Of a stretch of 64,000 nucleotides of DNA, positions 14,046-25,407 are shown piece after piece. Under the pieces are notes generated by a model that saw only the letters and a program-made list of their open reading frames with translations, was not told the DNA's origin and did no database searches. This stretch comes from Selaginella moellendorffii. Its lineage: Eukaryota; Plantae; Lycopodiophyta. Where the stretch lies: positions 583,630 to 647,629 of the forward strand of contig NW_003314276.1 in NCBI RefSeq assembly GCF_000143415.4, written 5' to 3'. Made by a program: the position numbers and the translations under genes. Position 1 is the stretch's first letter, and each line of letters begins with the position of its first letter.

Positions 14046-14181
14046 AGCGGCGGGGGCTTCAAGTCAGCCATGAGCCCATACGAGACAGCGTCGTCCCTCC
14101 CTTGGCACACCCGCCCTAACACCAATAAACTAGCAAAAGCCCTAAACTCTTCTAGGGCTTATAGCAGTGTTGTTTTGTCCC

Positions 14182-15713
14182 ATGGCGCCGCTGTCGGGAC
14201 ATGGCGCGCGCGTCCTCAGCATCCAATCCCACACCGTGCATGTAAGCGCTCAATATCTCACTGGATTGCAAGTGATCCCGAGCTTTTACTCTACTCGAGA
14301 CAGGGATACGTTGGAAATAAATCGGCGGTCTTTCCCTTGCAGCTCCTGGGATTCGATGTTGATCCGATCAACTCCGTACAGTTCTCCAATCACACGGGCA
14401 AGAGCAATGCGCTCCTCGCTTTTCTCGTTTTCTTTTCCCAGTTTGTTTAGCGTGCGCTCTCTAGAGGTGCAGGATATCCAGTGTGGCGCGGCCAAGTTTT
14501 GGACGGGGACCAGCTCTGGGCTCTCATCGAAGGACTAGAAGCGAATAACTTGCTCTTTTACACGCATCTCTTGACCGGTTAGCAACTCATCTCCTTCATT
14601 CTCCTCCTCACTCGTACGTACTCTTCTCAAGGCTACATCGGATCGGCTTCGTTCCTGAGAACCGTTCACAGGGTCATCGAGAAGCTGAGGTCCGTGAATC
14701 CCAATCTCGTTTACGGTAGGTATGTTTCCCTCCATTTTCTTACTATCTTTCTCATCACGCAATGCATGCAGTTTGTGATCCTGTCATGGGTGATGAAGGG
14801 AGGCTGTACGTCGCTCCTGAGCTAGTCCCGCTGTTTAGAGATCTGGTAACTTGTTGGTCTATCGTGCCCGGCGGCATTCTCATGTTTGAGATACTTTAGA
14901 TCGTTCCTGTAGCAACTATGCTGACACCGAACCAATTCGAAGCAGAGCGGCTGACTGGCCGCAGGTACATCGATGGTCCATTGTTCGTGTTGTAACCGCA
15001 ACTGTTTGAACAGCATACGTACGACACATGATGCGAGGCAAGCCTGCAGAGATCTCCATGGCGCCGGGCCGTCAAAGGTATTTCTTTTCTGAACTTTTCT
15101 ATCTTGCGGACCCGGTGATTGTGTACAGGTGGTGATCACCAGCATGGACGCGGACGAGAAGCTATTGCTTGTTGGAAGTCATAAGAAGGTTCGTGGTCTC
15201 TTCTCTTTGAGAGTGTTTTGAGATGCTGTGTTCACAGGGCGAGTCGTTCAGACAGTTTCAGATCTCCATACCGAAACTTCCCATGTACTTTACGGTAACC
15301 TTTTCTGGAGTGGCTTCTGCACGTTGGTTTTCATCACCCTACACTTTTGCAGGGGACGGGGGACCTGATGACCTCATTGCTTCTCGGCTGGAGCCATGTA
15401 AGTTTGAGACCGACGTTGTGCTTTCCTTGGCTGATTTTTTAAAGCAGAGATATCCGGATAGTCTTGAAACTGCAGCAGAGTTGGCTGTCTCGAGCCTCCA
15501 GGTGTGACTTGTGGTGTTATTTTTGTTCTTTCCTTGTGGGGAATGCTGCGTACTAATTAGCTTGTCCAACAGGCCGTTCTGCACAAAACTCTGTCTGTTT
15601 ACAAGGAGGAAGGCGTGCAAGTGAAGGCAAAGCAGCCGGAGCTGCAGCTAGTCCAGAGCCAAGAGGAAATCAAGTCACCTACAACCAGATTTGTTGCGGA
15701 AATTCTAGCATGA
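14182..15713 (+). CDS. SOS4: Pyridoxal kinase, multi-exon
   Basis: [11 protein letters not shown]|[53 protein letters not shown] and GTGDL; TGA at 15711-15713. Confidence 0.95.
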
Positions 15714-15755
15714 CCGGAACACGCAACAGCAAGCGCATTATAGCAAATAACAAGT

Positions 15756-16388
15756 TTACAAGCGAGCTTTGATCTTGGCAGCATCCGCTGAGGCACTACC
15801 ACTAGTGACATTCTCGTAGGCCTTTGAGTGATGGGTTTCAGGGACACGGCCTTCGGTATTCTCCAAAACAGTATGGTCTACTTCCTCTGCCACCTGATGC
15901 AGGAGTTTGCAAATCGTGTTGTCAGAATCTTACGTACCTGGCTGGCGTCTTTTGCAGGATTTGGGGGCATGATCGATTCTGCAATGCGGTCCTTGGTCTT
16001 TTGAACGGCACCCTTGGCGTTGTCGTAAGTGTGAGACACCTCCTTGATCAGGTTCTCCATGGACTTCCTCCCCGCCTCCACAGCTTCCACAGGTAGAGGA
16101 AGCACAGCGAGCTTCTCCATCACCGTGTCCCTCATCAGCACGAGAGCGGCTCTCACATCCGACGCCACCTCCTTGGAGGCTTGAATTACAGCAGTCCCTG
16201 GTGAGAAGCGCTGCTCAAAGCTGGAACAAGCGTCTCACGGAAACACACATACCACGCTTTGGGGGCGCGTAGAGCGATCCTTGCCCCACCGATTCGTCCA
16301 ATTCTTGGACACGAGCAACGTCCTTGAGCTGCTCTTGAGGTGCGTACAGCTTGCCCGTTCCCTCGAAATCCTTCTTCTTGGGCTCCAT
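15756..16388 (-). CDS. Uncharacterised 177-aa hydrophilic protein ending in a PTS1-like -ARL
   Basis: Three GT-AG exons (16388-16253, 16197-15938, 15893-15756) join in frame and end DAAKIKARL*. Confidence 0.65.
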
Positions 16389-16512
16389 TCTTTGCCTGTG
16401 TGTGTGGTTTGAGCACTTTATAAACACCATGACTAAACGTTTGCCATCTGGACGCTCGCATACATGCCAAGTGTCAATCCCTAGAATTATCATTTAGCTT
16501 CACTCAATTCAA

Positions 16513-17724
16513 TCAACACAGTAGACTATCAACGCGATCCCGGCCCAGCGATTTGTCGGCTTGACACAAATCTATATAGTCCGCGTAACTGGATTGCCTG
16601 TACATGGCTGGATGGCTAGAGCTGAGCAGCTCTTGCGCGGGGCAAATGCTCACGCCGGGAAGAGGAGAATAATTGACGACGATAGAGACGCGCTCCGAGT
16701 GCTCAAAGACGAGAGCCCTGTGCCCTTGGCTCTTGTATTTGCCATTGCTTATCACCTGACCCATTCACAGTTACAAGGGCTAAGCTAAGATATGAATCTT
16801 TCGTGTACTAGCTTGCCTGTGTGACATCGCCGATGTTGACAATGAGACCGTCGCGTACGGGCTTGACGGGCAGCCACAAGCCATTCTTGAGCACCTCGAG
16901 GCCTTCCTTTTCGCTCTCCTCGATCAGGATGGTGAAGGTGTCCATGTCTGAGTGGGCTCCCACGCCCAGGACTCGATCAGCAAAGGGGCACAAGGGATAC
17001 AAGTTAAGGCGAAGGCTCGCAACACTGTCCGCCAAAACTTCCTTGAAGTGATCGCGGGGCAAGCCGAGTGATTCAGAGAGATCGGCTGCTAGCTTCTGTG
17101 CGTACTCTCCGATCTGCTTTCCAGCTTCATCCACGTAGACCCTGTGCACAAGCAAATCGTCAACCTTGAATACACCATGCATTTTGAAGGACCTGAGCAA
17201 CTCGGGCTTGTCGGGCCACACCGTTTCCACATTGCGGGCCGATTCCGGGGACAGATACATGCACAGAGTGTCGACCCAATCGCTTGTTCCATCGGATGAC
17301 TTCCCGAAGGCACCATACCCGGCACTCTCTCCCGTCTTCCTCCTCCACTTCCGCTTCTCTTGAGACGGCATCACGTAGAACTCATACGCCAGCCTCCTCA
17401 AGTTTCGGACCACCTCCATGTCAACTCCGTGATTGACAACCTGCATGCGCACAGCTTGGTCAATTATCACAGTTCACAACCACAATCTTTATAGCAGACC
17501 TGAAAGAAGCCCCAATCCTGGCATGCCTCTTTGAGCTCCCTCAGCATTGTGCTCCTGTCGTGCAACATATCAATGACTGGGATCTCGAGGCCCAAGGTGG
17601 TGCAACGCCTGTCTCTGGGACCGTAGCCATCCGGCTGAACAAAGCGCTGCGGAACTGTTTTGGGACAGCTCTTCAGAAGCTCTTGGATCGCCTGCCCTTT
17701 CTCGTCTCCACTGCCTTCCTCCAT
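16513..17724 (-). CDS. 2-oxoglutarate/Fe(II)-dependent dioxygenase (DOXC), 4 exons
   Basis: IPVIDM, ACQDWGFFQ|VVNHGV, RLNLYPLCP, GAHSDM (HxD), SNGKYKSQGHRA (His) and ERVS (RxS). Confidence 0.94.
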
Positions 17725-18053
17725 CGCGTTGCGTGCTCCAGCGTTCTCGATCTGCAGGGGATTGTAAGGTGGCGCAATGCATATAGATGTCTGAGACTTG
17801 AGAAGGAAAACGAAGAGCTCAAGATATAACTCTCCAAGATGGCGGAGCAACTAACTGGTAGGTGGATGTTTGTTGAAATTGACATGGAGATTCCGAGAGC
17901 TGTGACCATGCTGTCACAAACACATATGAACCTCGCATTTGAAGTGATCTCACTCATCTCTATCCGATCCAATCCATTTTGACCAATCAAAGTCAAGCTG
18001 ACCGTGTGCTGACCATGTTCCCAACGATTTCGCACCTTGTCTGGAATTGATGG

Positions 18054-20366
18054 ATGCTACCACGGCGAGCGGTCGATGACCCACAGGTGACTGCGTTTGC
18101 GCGAGCTCTTGGCGCGTGTGCCACCTCCAGGAACCTCGCGCAGGGCAAGCGCGTCCATGCCAACATCCTGGGAAGCGAGCACCGGGAGGACAGGTTCCTC
18201 GGGAACCTCCTGGTTGACATGTATGCCAAGTGTGGCAGCGCCCAGGACGCGAGGCTGGCCTTCGACGGGATCGTCAGCAGAAACGTCTTCTCCTGGAACA
18301 TCCTGGTCGCGGCCTACGAGCAGAATGGACGAGCCCACGACTCGGCAGCTGCCTTCTCGCGGATGCCGCAGCACAACGTCGTCTCCTCGAATGTCATGCT
18401 CAAGATCCTGGCCCGCGAGCGAGACCTCGAGGGAGCGGCACGCACGTTTCTGTGGATGCCGGTGCGTGATGTTCTCTCCTGGAACACCATGATCCTTGCA
18501 CAGACCCAGGAGCTCCTAGAACCCGCGACACAGATGTTTGAGCGGATGCCGGCATGGAGCCTGGTCACCTGGAACACTATGCTCGCAGCACATTCCATAA
18601 GCGGGGATCTGGAAAGTGCCTACACCATCTTTGATTCGATGCCGCGGAGAGATGCCGTGTCGTACAACGCAATGCTCATGGTGTACGCCCACCACGGCAT
18701 GGTGGATGCAGCAAGGAGCATGTTTTTCAGGATGGAGCACAGGGACGTTATCTCGTGGACGTCTATGTTTCAGGCTTATGCCCAGAGCGGGCATCTTGTT
18801 GAGAGCCGCATTCTCTTTGAGAAATCTCCCCAGTGGGACGCTCCCTCTTGGAACTCGATTATCGTTGCTCATGCAAACAACGGGCATCTTCGTGAGGCGG
18901 TGGATCTGTTCGAGCGGATGCCGGAGCGGGATATCGTGGCTGCGACCATCATCGTCCAGGCATGCGTGCACAGCCGAGAACTTGACAAGGCCGTCCGGGT
19001 GTTTGTGACGATGTCGTATCGCAGCGTGACGACTTGGAACTCCATGATCCACGGCTACTTTCAGAATGGCCAGTACGAGGAGATGCTACAAACGCTGGAC
19101 AGGATGCCATGCTGGAATGTTGGGTCCTGGAACCCCACAATTGCGGCCTTTTCGCAGAGCAACCAGCTCCAGAAGGCTCGGGACATGTTCGACTCGATGC
19201 TGGAGCGGGATGTGGTGACGTGGAACTCCATGCTCACGGGTTTGTCTCAGAATGGTCACGTCCGGGAGGCCGTGACCATGTTTCAAGCGATGCCGCAGCG
19301 TGATGTCGTGTCGTGGAACGCAATGGTGGCAGCTTACGGCAAGAACGAGCAGCTCAAGTACGCCGAGTCCACATTCAAGCGTATGCCGCAGTGGGACTTG
19401 GTGTCGTGGAACTCGCGAATGGCGGCCTGCCTCGACAACTTCGACATGGAAGCGGCCAAGGAATCCTTCGACGCAATGCCCCAGCACACCGTTGTCTCCT
19501 TCACAGCGATGGTTCACGCGTTTGGACAAGCTGGTCGAGTGGACGAAGCCTGGACTGGTTTCTCCAAAATGCCGCAGCACAATCTCGTGTCCTGGAATGC
19601 CATGGTCGCTGCATTCGGTCAGAACCGCTATACCGATGAAGCTGCCGCTCTCTTCAGTGAGATGCCCGAGTGGAACCTCCTGTCGTGGAACCTGATGATC
19701 ACTGCTCTCGGGTCGACTGGATACCTCGTGGAAGCGAAGCGTTTACTGGATAGTATGCCCGAGGAGGATCTTCTAGCAAAGACTGCTTTGATTACAGCCT
19801 ATGGGTCATATGGCCGGGTGGTGGAAGCAAAGGTGTTGTTTGATACCACCACGCAACGGGATCTAGTGGTCTGGACGGCTATGCTCGAAGTTTATGCTCA
19901 CAATGGACACTGCTGCTCGGCTTTCGAGATCTTCCAGGACATGGATTGTGAGGGAGTGAAGCCCAATGAAGTGTCGGTGCTCTGCCTCCTCACTGGCTGC
20001 AGCCACAAAGGCATGGTGGACAGTGGCCGTTTTTATTTTATGGCTGCGTTGGAGAGCTATGGATTGAAACACACGATTCAGCATTTCCATTGCATGATAG
20101 ACATGCTGGGGCGTGCCAAGCGGCTGAACGAAGCAGAAGAGCTAGTTGAAACGATGCCATTTGTGGCTGATGACTGGGCTTGGGCCATTCTCCTGTCAGC
20201 TTGCAAAGTTCACGGAGATGTAGATCGTGGAAAGCGAGCTGCGAAGCGCGTAATGCAGCTAGAGTCCGGCAATGGAGCTTCCTACGTGCTTTTATCCAGC
20301 ATGTTTGCCGTCGAGGATGATTCTAAGACGGACGCAGCTACCGTTAAGCTGGATGCTTATGCTTAA
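18054..20366 (+). CDS. PLS-class PPR protein with E domain and no DYW
   Basis: 770-aa ORF of about 31-aa repeats (MPERDVVSWNAM) with C-terminal HFHCMIDMLGRA..MPF..WAILLSACKVHGD..YVLLSS. Confidence 0.95.
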   Translation: MLPRRAVDDPQVTAFARALGACATSRNLAQGKRVHANILGSEHREDRFLGNLLVDMYAKCGSAQDARLAFDGIVSRNVFSWNILVAAYEQNGRAHDSAAAFSRMPQHNVVSSNVMLKILARERDLEGAARTFLWMPVRDVLSWNTMILAQTQELLEPATQMFERMPAWSLVTWNTMLAAHSISGDLESAYTIFDSMPRRDAVSYNAMLMVYAHHGMVDAARSMFFRMEHRDVISWTSMFQAYAQSGHLVESRILFEKSPQWDAPSWNSIIVAHANNGHLREAVDLFERMPERDIVAATIIVQACVHSRELDKAVRVFVTMSYRSVTTWNSMIHGYFQNGQYEEMLQTLDRMPCWNVGSWNPTIAAFSQSNQLQKARDMFDSMLERDVVTWNSMLTGLSQNGHVREAVTMFQAMPQRDVVSWNAMVAAYGKNEQLKYAESTFKRMPQWDLVSWNSRMAACLDNFDMEAAKESFDAMPQHTVVSFTAMVHAFGQAGRVDEAWTGFSKMPQHNLVSWNAMVAAFGQNRYTDEAAALFSEMPEWNLLSWNLMITALGSTGYLVEAKRLLDSMPEEDLLAKTALITAYGSYGRVVEAKVLFDTTTQRDLVVWTAMLEVYAHNGHCCSAFEIFQDMDCEGVKPNEVSVLCLLTGCSHKGMVDSGRFYFMAALESYGLKHTIQHFHCMIDMLGRAKRLNEAEELVETMPFVADDWAWAILLSACKVHGDVDRGKRAAKRVMQLESGNGASYVLLSSMFAVEDDSKTDAATVKLDAYA

Positions 20367-20438
20367 CTTTGGAGCCATTGACTTACACCACTGGAAAGCG
20401 ATAAGGCAAGCGAGCAAGGAAGCAACATAAGAGAATCC

Positions 20439-21780
20439 ATGGTTGCATTCGCGTCTATTTCCTGGGCACGCTTAAAAGCTGGTCATATCCTTCCGGTGAG
20501 CTCCAGATTGAGGCAGAATTTGCTATCACCGGTGAAAGTAGCAGTACCAACAGTATGTATGGAGAAAGGCAACAAATCTATTTCCTTTGGAGACAAATTG
20601 CTCGACTACATCGAAGGTAAGGCTCTCTTACGTCCCGCGCTAACGTTGTTCAACTCATTGTTCCAGGAGGCCCGAAAATGAGGAAGTGGTATGGAGCACC
20701 AGATGTGCAATCTACCAAGTTTGCAGGTACGTGTGTGTTTTGATTGAGAAATGGATTATCTGACTTATATCGACAAGCAGAGGAGAAAAAAGAAGACGAT
20801 AACCAAGACGAAGAAGAAGAAGAAGAGGGAGGAGTTAGAGATGCTGTTCTTGTTACTGATGCAGACAGCGAGACTGGTCAGGTTGAGCAACTTCTTTTTT
20901 TCCTCGTGTTTCCTCTCTTTTTGATACCAAGAATTCTGGTTGCAGTTAGTGGTGCTGTCTCTCATTGTCCAACGCTGTCGAGTTCGGGTTCTAGTTCGCG
21001 ACGTGAAACTTGCCACCAATGCTTTTGGTTCCTATGTGGAGGTAAGAGATTTCTTTGGCAGTCTGATGCAAAAAGCCTATTTTGTAAAGCCCATCGTTGG
21101 CACTGTGAACGACAGGGGGAGTCTGATCAAAGCATGCAAGGAAGTGCGAGCCATTATATGCCCAAAGAAGGTAGTGTTTTCCTTTGCTCCTGTTACAATT
21201 TCTCCTTTTTCTTCTTTTATAGCTGGGAGCTCTGGCTGAGAATGACAAGAAGATGTTGAAAGGAGTGGAACACATTGTTTACGTCTCAGAGGTAACATAC
21301 ACTTCTATGCATGTTCATCTGTGATGATCGCCGTGCAGCTCGCAAGCTCCCGCGCAGCAAGAGGCCTCCAGTCACTGCTCCGGTCAGGATCAGCACAAGA
21401 CGCTCTCCGAGACGAAGCTGCTCTCGCAAAACTCGGTGTTCCATACACCATACTCCGGCCAGCGATGCTAAGAGACGAACCAGGCGGTGTCAGGGGTTTC
21501 AAGGTCAGGAGAGTTGATCAAGTGGAAGACAGCTCCGGGGTAAGCAGAAGCCATGTTTCCATCTCGCGCAAAACTCTTCTTCTCCCTCTGTAGATCGAAG
21601 GGATGATGAGCAGAGAAGACGCGGCACTCTTGTGTGTCAAAGCACTGGACGCAAGGCCCCAGCAAGCACTTGTTCTAGAGGTAAATCGCAACGTTTCCGG
21701 CATTTGTTCCAACGTCGCTCTCACAGATCGCCAACATTGATGCGCAAGCGAGAGATGTAGAGGCGGTATTCGGAGGTTGA
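20439..21780 (+). CDS. NAD(P)-binding Rossmann-fold protein (At1g72640-like), multi-exon
   Basis: FGDKLLDYIEG|GPKMRKWYGAPD, DAVLVTDADSETGQ, GVPYTILRPAMLRDEPGG and MSREDAALLCVKAL; TGA at 21778-21780. Confidence 0.82.
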
Positions 21781-21831
21781 GAACATCTTGTAAATGTCTA
21801 CAGTGTATCCAATTCTAGGGTTCTTGGGAGG

Positions 21832-23133
21832 ATGAAGGCGTCGGCCAAGCTGCGCGATGGGCAGGAGCCGCTGCTCCGAGCCAAGATCCCGCTCAACATC
21901 CTGGGGCTGCCAATCTGCTCGGGCGTGAGCATGGGCAGCAGCCAGGAGCTGGGGCTCCACGTCTCGACGCTGGTGGCGGCGGGGCCTTCATGCCGGGTAA
22001 CGTTTCTCCCCAACGATTCCCACGCGCCCGTGTGTGTGATGATCAAGGCAGGGTTTGGGCCCTGGGGATCTCCCGTGGGCTCCTGCCTCGCCATCTCCGC
22101 GCAGCTCAAGCTTCCAACTTGGAGCCAGCAGCGACCCTCCTTTTCCATTTCACTCAAGCCGCGCAATGGTGATTTCATGCTGCTCAAGAATGTGAGGGGA
22201 ATCGAGCTCAAGGGCCGCAAACCAAGCAAGGAAGAATCGCCGGACGAGGCGACTGCCTCGAATGGCGTGAGTGTTGCGGAGCTGGCCAAAGCATTTGACA
22301 AGGAGAAAACAAGCAGCACCAAGAATGTGAATGGCTGCTTGGAAGACGATGGCTGGGTGATCCCCGACGCTGGAACGATGACAAGAACACGAAGAAAAGG
22401 TTTCAGCACCACCCCGGCTGCCTTCAAGGGGTGGAGTGTAGCAGCGCACAGCAGCCTTCCCCTGGGGCAACGGGTGTACGCTGGAATAAGATGGCGAGTG
22501 GGAGTCCCTGGAGATTTGGTTGAGACTCTGGCCTCTAATCCTCACAAGCTCTGGTCACGATTGAGCTCCCCGGTTCTCAAGCTCGACAAGATCACCCTCT
22601 ACAGCATCGAGCCCAAGGACGATCAAGCGAAGCCCGACAGCATGAGTGATTCCATGGCAGCAGCTCAGCAAGCTTGGATGGAGGAGAACCAAGAGCTTAA
22701 CAAGGTCGCGGCCATGTGTTCTTCCATACGGAGGCAACTCCATCTGGTGTACAGCGAGAACCGAGTTCTGAGGAACACACTGGAGGAGATGCGAAGGAAC
22801 TTTAACAGCAGGGGAAGCACCCCCACGGAGATGCCATCTTCCATAGTCATGGACAAAGCTGTGCTACCATTGGCCGACTACGAGAACTTCCACAGGAGTC
22901 AGCAATCGCCAATCCCGGGGAAGAAGGAATTTGATGCCGATGCTACTGCTCCGGCCGCTGACAAGAATAGGGAGCAACAGAATCAATACCAGAGCAAACA
23001 ACACAAGCCACGGCCGCCGGATACTGCTGCTGTAGCTCCCGAGAAATCTGGCCCTCCGCCACCTCCCGCTCCTTCGGCGTCTGCAGTTGCCAAGGAGCTC
23101 AAAAAGGCAATCAATGCAAGCAAATCGACGTGA
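21832..23133 (+). CDS. OEP40-like chloroplast outer-envelope protein (At3g57990 family), intronless
   Basis: N-terminal MKASAKLRDGQEPLLRAKIPLNILGLP, then KAGFGPWGSP, FSISLKPRNGDF, RWRVGVP and LKLDKITL, a coiled coil, and terminal VAKELKKAI. Confidence 0.7.
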   Translation: MKASAKLRDGQEPLLRAKIPLNILGLPICSGVSMGSSQELGLHVSTLVAAGPSCRVTFLPNDSHAPVCVMIKAGFGPWGSPVGSCLAISAQLKLPTWSQQRPSFSISLKPRNGDFMLLKNVRGIELKGRKPSKEESPDEATASNGVSVAELAKAFDKEKTSSTKNVNGCLEDDGWVIPDAGTMTRTRRKGFSTTPAAFKGWSVAAHSSLPLGQRVYAGIRWRVGVPGDLVETLASNPHKLWSRLSSPVLKLDKITLYSIEPKDDQAKPDSMSDSMAAAQQAWMEENQELNKVAAMCSSIRRQLHLVYSENRVLRNTLEEMRRNFNSRGSTPTEMPSSIVMDKAVLPLADYENFHRSQQSPIPGKKEFDADATAPAADKNREQQNQYQSKQHKPRPPDTAAVAPEKSGPPPPPAPSASAVAKELKKAINASKST

Positions 23134-23381
23134 TTGCTTGTGTCATGATGTATATAGGAAAATGTAAAGTACGTTTTCTCAAATCAAGATGAACAGTCTA
23201 TTTACAATATTCAATCAAAGGAACTTCTCCAAACCAAAACTCTATAGGCCATTGCAAGCGTGCCACCTTCCAGATATACGTGCCAAACTGAGCTTGGTCC
23301 TACTGGTTAGCGTGAGGCCTCCGTAAAAGAATGAGTTTGTAAAAGTCCACCACCATGATCGTGATGGAAGAAAGACGGGCT

Positions 23382-24650
23382 CTACTGCTTGGTGTCCTTA
23401 AACCACCAGCTTGCTGGAACTCCAAGCTCTGCCTTGAGATAGTCCGATCTCTTGTTCACCAGTGCGATATCCCGGGTGCCCGAGACACTGAAGGGCTTGC
23501 TCGGCCCTTGGTAGCCATCAACCAGGTGAAGCAAGGCCTCCAAGTTGTGCAGATCGGTCAAGCCACCATCTTCCCTCAGAAACGGAGAGATGTCGCTGCT
23601 GAGCTCAAACTCGGTGCCAACATGGGTGTAGGCCCATGGGAACCTGTGGAAGATGAGCGAGCTGATATCACAGCTGTCCTCGTTGACAATCACCCCTGGA
23701 ACTTTGGGCACCAGGTCTGCGCCATTGCGTGTCTGGAGGACTTTGAGCCCGAGCTCGAGGCACCTGTTCTTGAAACCCCGGTTCCCAACTCGGGGTGCCG
23801 AGAATGTGAAGACGGACACCGGGGTATTGCTCCCGGGCAGCCCAAGCTCTGTCACGTCGTAGGCGCTGAGGAGTGCAAGCGCGCCACCCAGGCTGTGGCC
23901 CGTGAACGTCATACTCAGCTGCTCACCCTGGTAGAGCCCGACCAATCGCTTGATCTCCGAGTGGAGATGCTGCCTCGCGCTCATCCCGTCGTGATCGCCG
24001 GGGACTGGAGACGTGTAGATGCTGAGAAATCCCGTCTCCACTTTCACGCCTTTGGTGTTGTGATCCGTGGGGTCGAGCCCGGTGGGGCGGAGGAGATCCT
24101 TGAGGTTCTCGATCCACTCGAGCTGCGTCACCGTCCCGCGCCAGGCCACCACAATGTCGCGGCGTCCCAACCGTCGGATGGCCTCGTCCGACGTGGCAAC
24201 CGCCACGAAGCCCATCCAGTTGGTGTCCGACGTCCACGAGTCGTCGCCGGGTTGGGCGTTGGAATTGGAGCGCTTGAAGAAACTGGGCAAGCCCAGCTGC
24301 GATGTCGCGTAGAGATAGGCCGTGATTTCGTATCCCGTGCTTGGGAGTCCCACGGATTGGAGCAGCTCCTCCTTGGAGAACTTTGTGTCTCCACAGAATT
24401 CCGAGCCCTCGCTGTATTCGAAGCCGTCGTAGCAAACCTGCGCAAATTCACCGTATCGGATGATCTCCCGCCGGAGCCGATCGTCGATGGAGGCGTTGGC
24501 GGGCGGGAGGAGCGGACTCCAGTGGCATGCATCCCGCCAGCCTGACAGCTGCGTCTCCTCCAGCTCCACAACCCGCGCGCCATGACCATCTCCATCAGAT
24601 CTCTCCAACGTCCTTCTCTTGAATGACAGTGACAATGAAACTCGTGCCAT
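23382..24650 (-). CDS. Phospholipase A1 (DAD1-like lipase class 3), copy 1
   Basis: EIIRYGEFAQ, NWMGFVAV, RDIVVAWRGT, TGHSLGGALA (Ser), DLVPKVP (Asp) and HNLEALLH (His); ATG at 24650. Confidence 0.94.
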   Translation of the reverse strand: MARVSLSLSFKRRTLERSDGDGHGARVVELEETQLSGWRDACHWSPLLPPANASIDDRLRREIIRYGEFAQVCYDGFEYSEGSEFCGDTKFSKEELLQSVGLPSTGYEITAYLYATSQLGLPSFFKRSNSNAQPGDDSWTSDTNWMGFVAVATSDEAIRRLGRRDIVVAWRGTVTQLEWIENLKDLLRPTGLDPTDHNTKGVKVETGFLSIYTSPVPGDHDGMSARQHLHSEIKRLVGLYQGEQLSMTFTGHSLGGALALLSAYDVTELGLPGSNTPVSVFTFSAPRVGNRGFKNRCLELGLKVLQTRNGADLVPKVPGVIVNEDSCDISSLIFHRFPWAYTHVGTEFELSSDISPFLREDGGLTDLHNLEALLHLVDGYQGPSKPFSVSGTRDIALVNKRSDYLKAELGVPASWWFKDTKQ

Positions 24651-25124
24651 GATCTCGATGCTCGCTCCCGAGGCTTTGATGGGCTTGGAAATTGTTGATA
24701 CGCCTATCGATCGATCAGCTCCTCCTTGGCGAGTATGGTTGCAATGAATCAGATGATCGCTTTGTAAAGAACTTCTCCCCTTCTTGTTTCTCCCTTCGTG
24801 TAAATTGCTGCTGGAATGCTGAGATTGTGGCAGAGGATTTATAGCAGTATCGCTTTCAAAGTTTGCCACCGGGTCAAAAGAAGCATATACGAAATTCTCA
24901 CGTTGGTCTCTTCTCTTCTCGAATGGGAAACATAACAGTCAAAATTCAAACCACACCACCCCACAGGGTCAATCATATGGAAGGAGGTATTGCGTATTTG
25001 ATTAGAAGACTTTCACTGAACTTTCACTCTTCATTCTTATTTAGAGGGAATTATAAATTCAAGTGACATAATGAATTTTCATTACAAAGTTGAACATCAA
25101 TGTTGGTCAACACATTGCATATGA

Positions 25125-25245
25125 CACGGCAATAGTGTGGTGGCGCCACTCTATGGAGCCTTTCCTCAATCAAGACTCCAAGTGGTTCATCAAGGAGATG
25201 ATTAATTACATGGGGTTGGGATTTCCAATCAATGCTTGCCAGCTT
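25125..25245 (+). pseudogene. Inverted, decayed fragment of the RING gene C-terminus
   Basis: gtggcgccactctatggagcctttcctcaatcaagactcc..aaggagatgattaattac matches the VAPLLEPFLDRDSGRFVKEMIKY coding sequence at about 29010-29095, in the opposite orientation. Confidence 0.7.
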
Positions 25246-25407
25246 TGAATTTTGGAGAAGCTTTACAAAGCTCATGAAGATTGACATCAATTTAAGTATC
25301 TTTAGAGAGATGAATAGATTGAGTGAATCAACCAAGTGGTTGAAGACATGCTAAGATGCACTATGCATAAATAGAATAACTTTTTATTTTCTGTCAAGTT
25401 TTTCTAT

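Noticed and set aside
24651-24869. N-terminal extensions of PLA1 in the ORF track
   Set aside because: They start at non-ATG codons and are not conserved in frame between copies.
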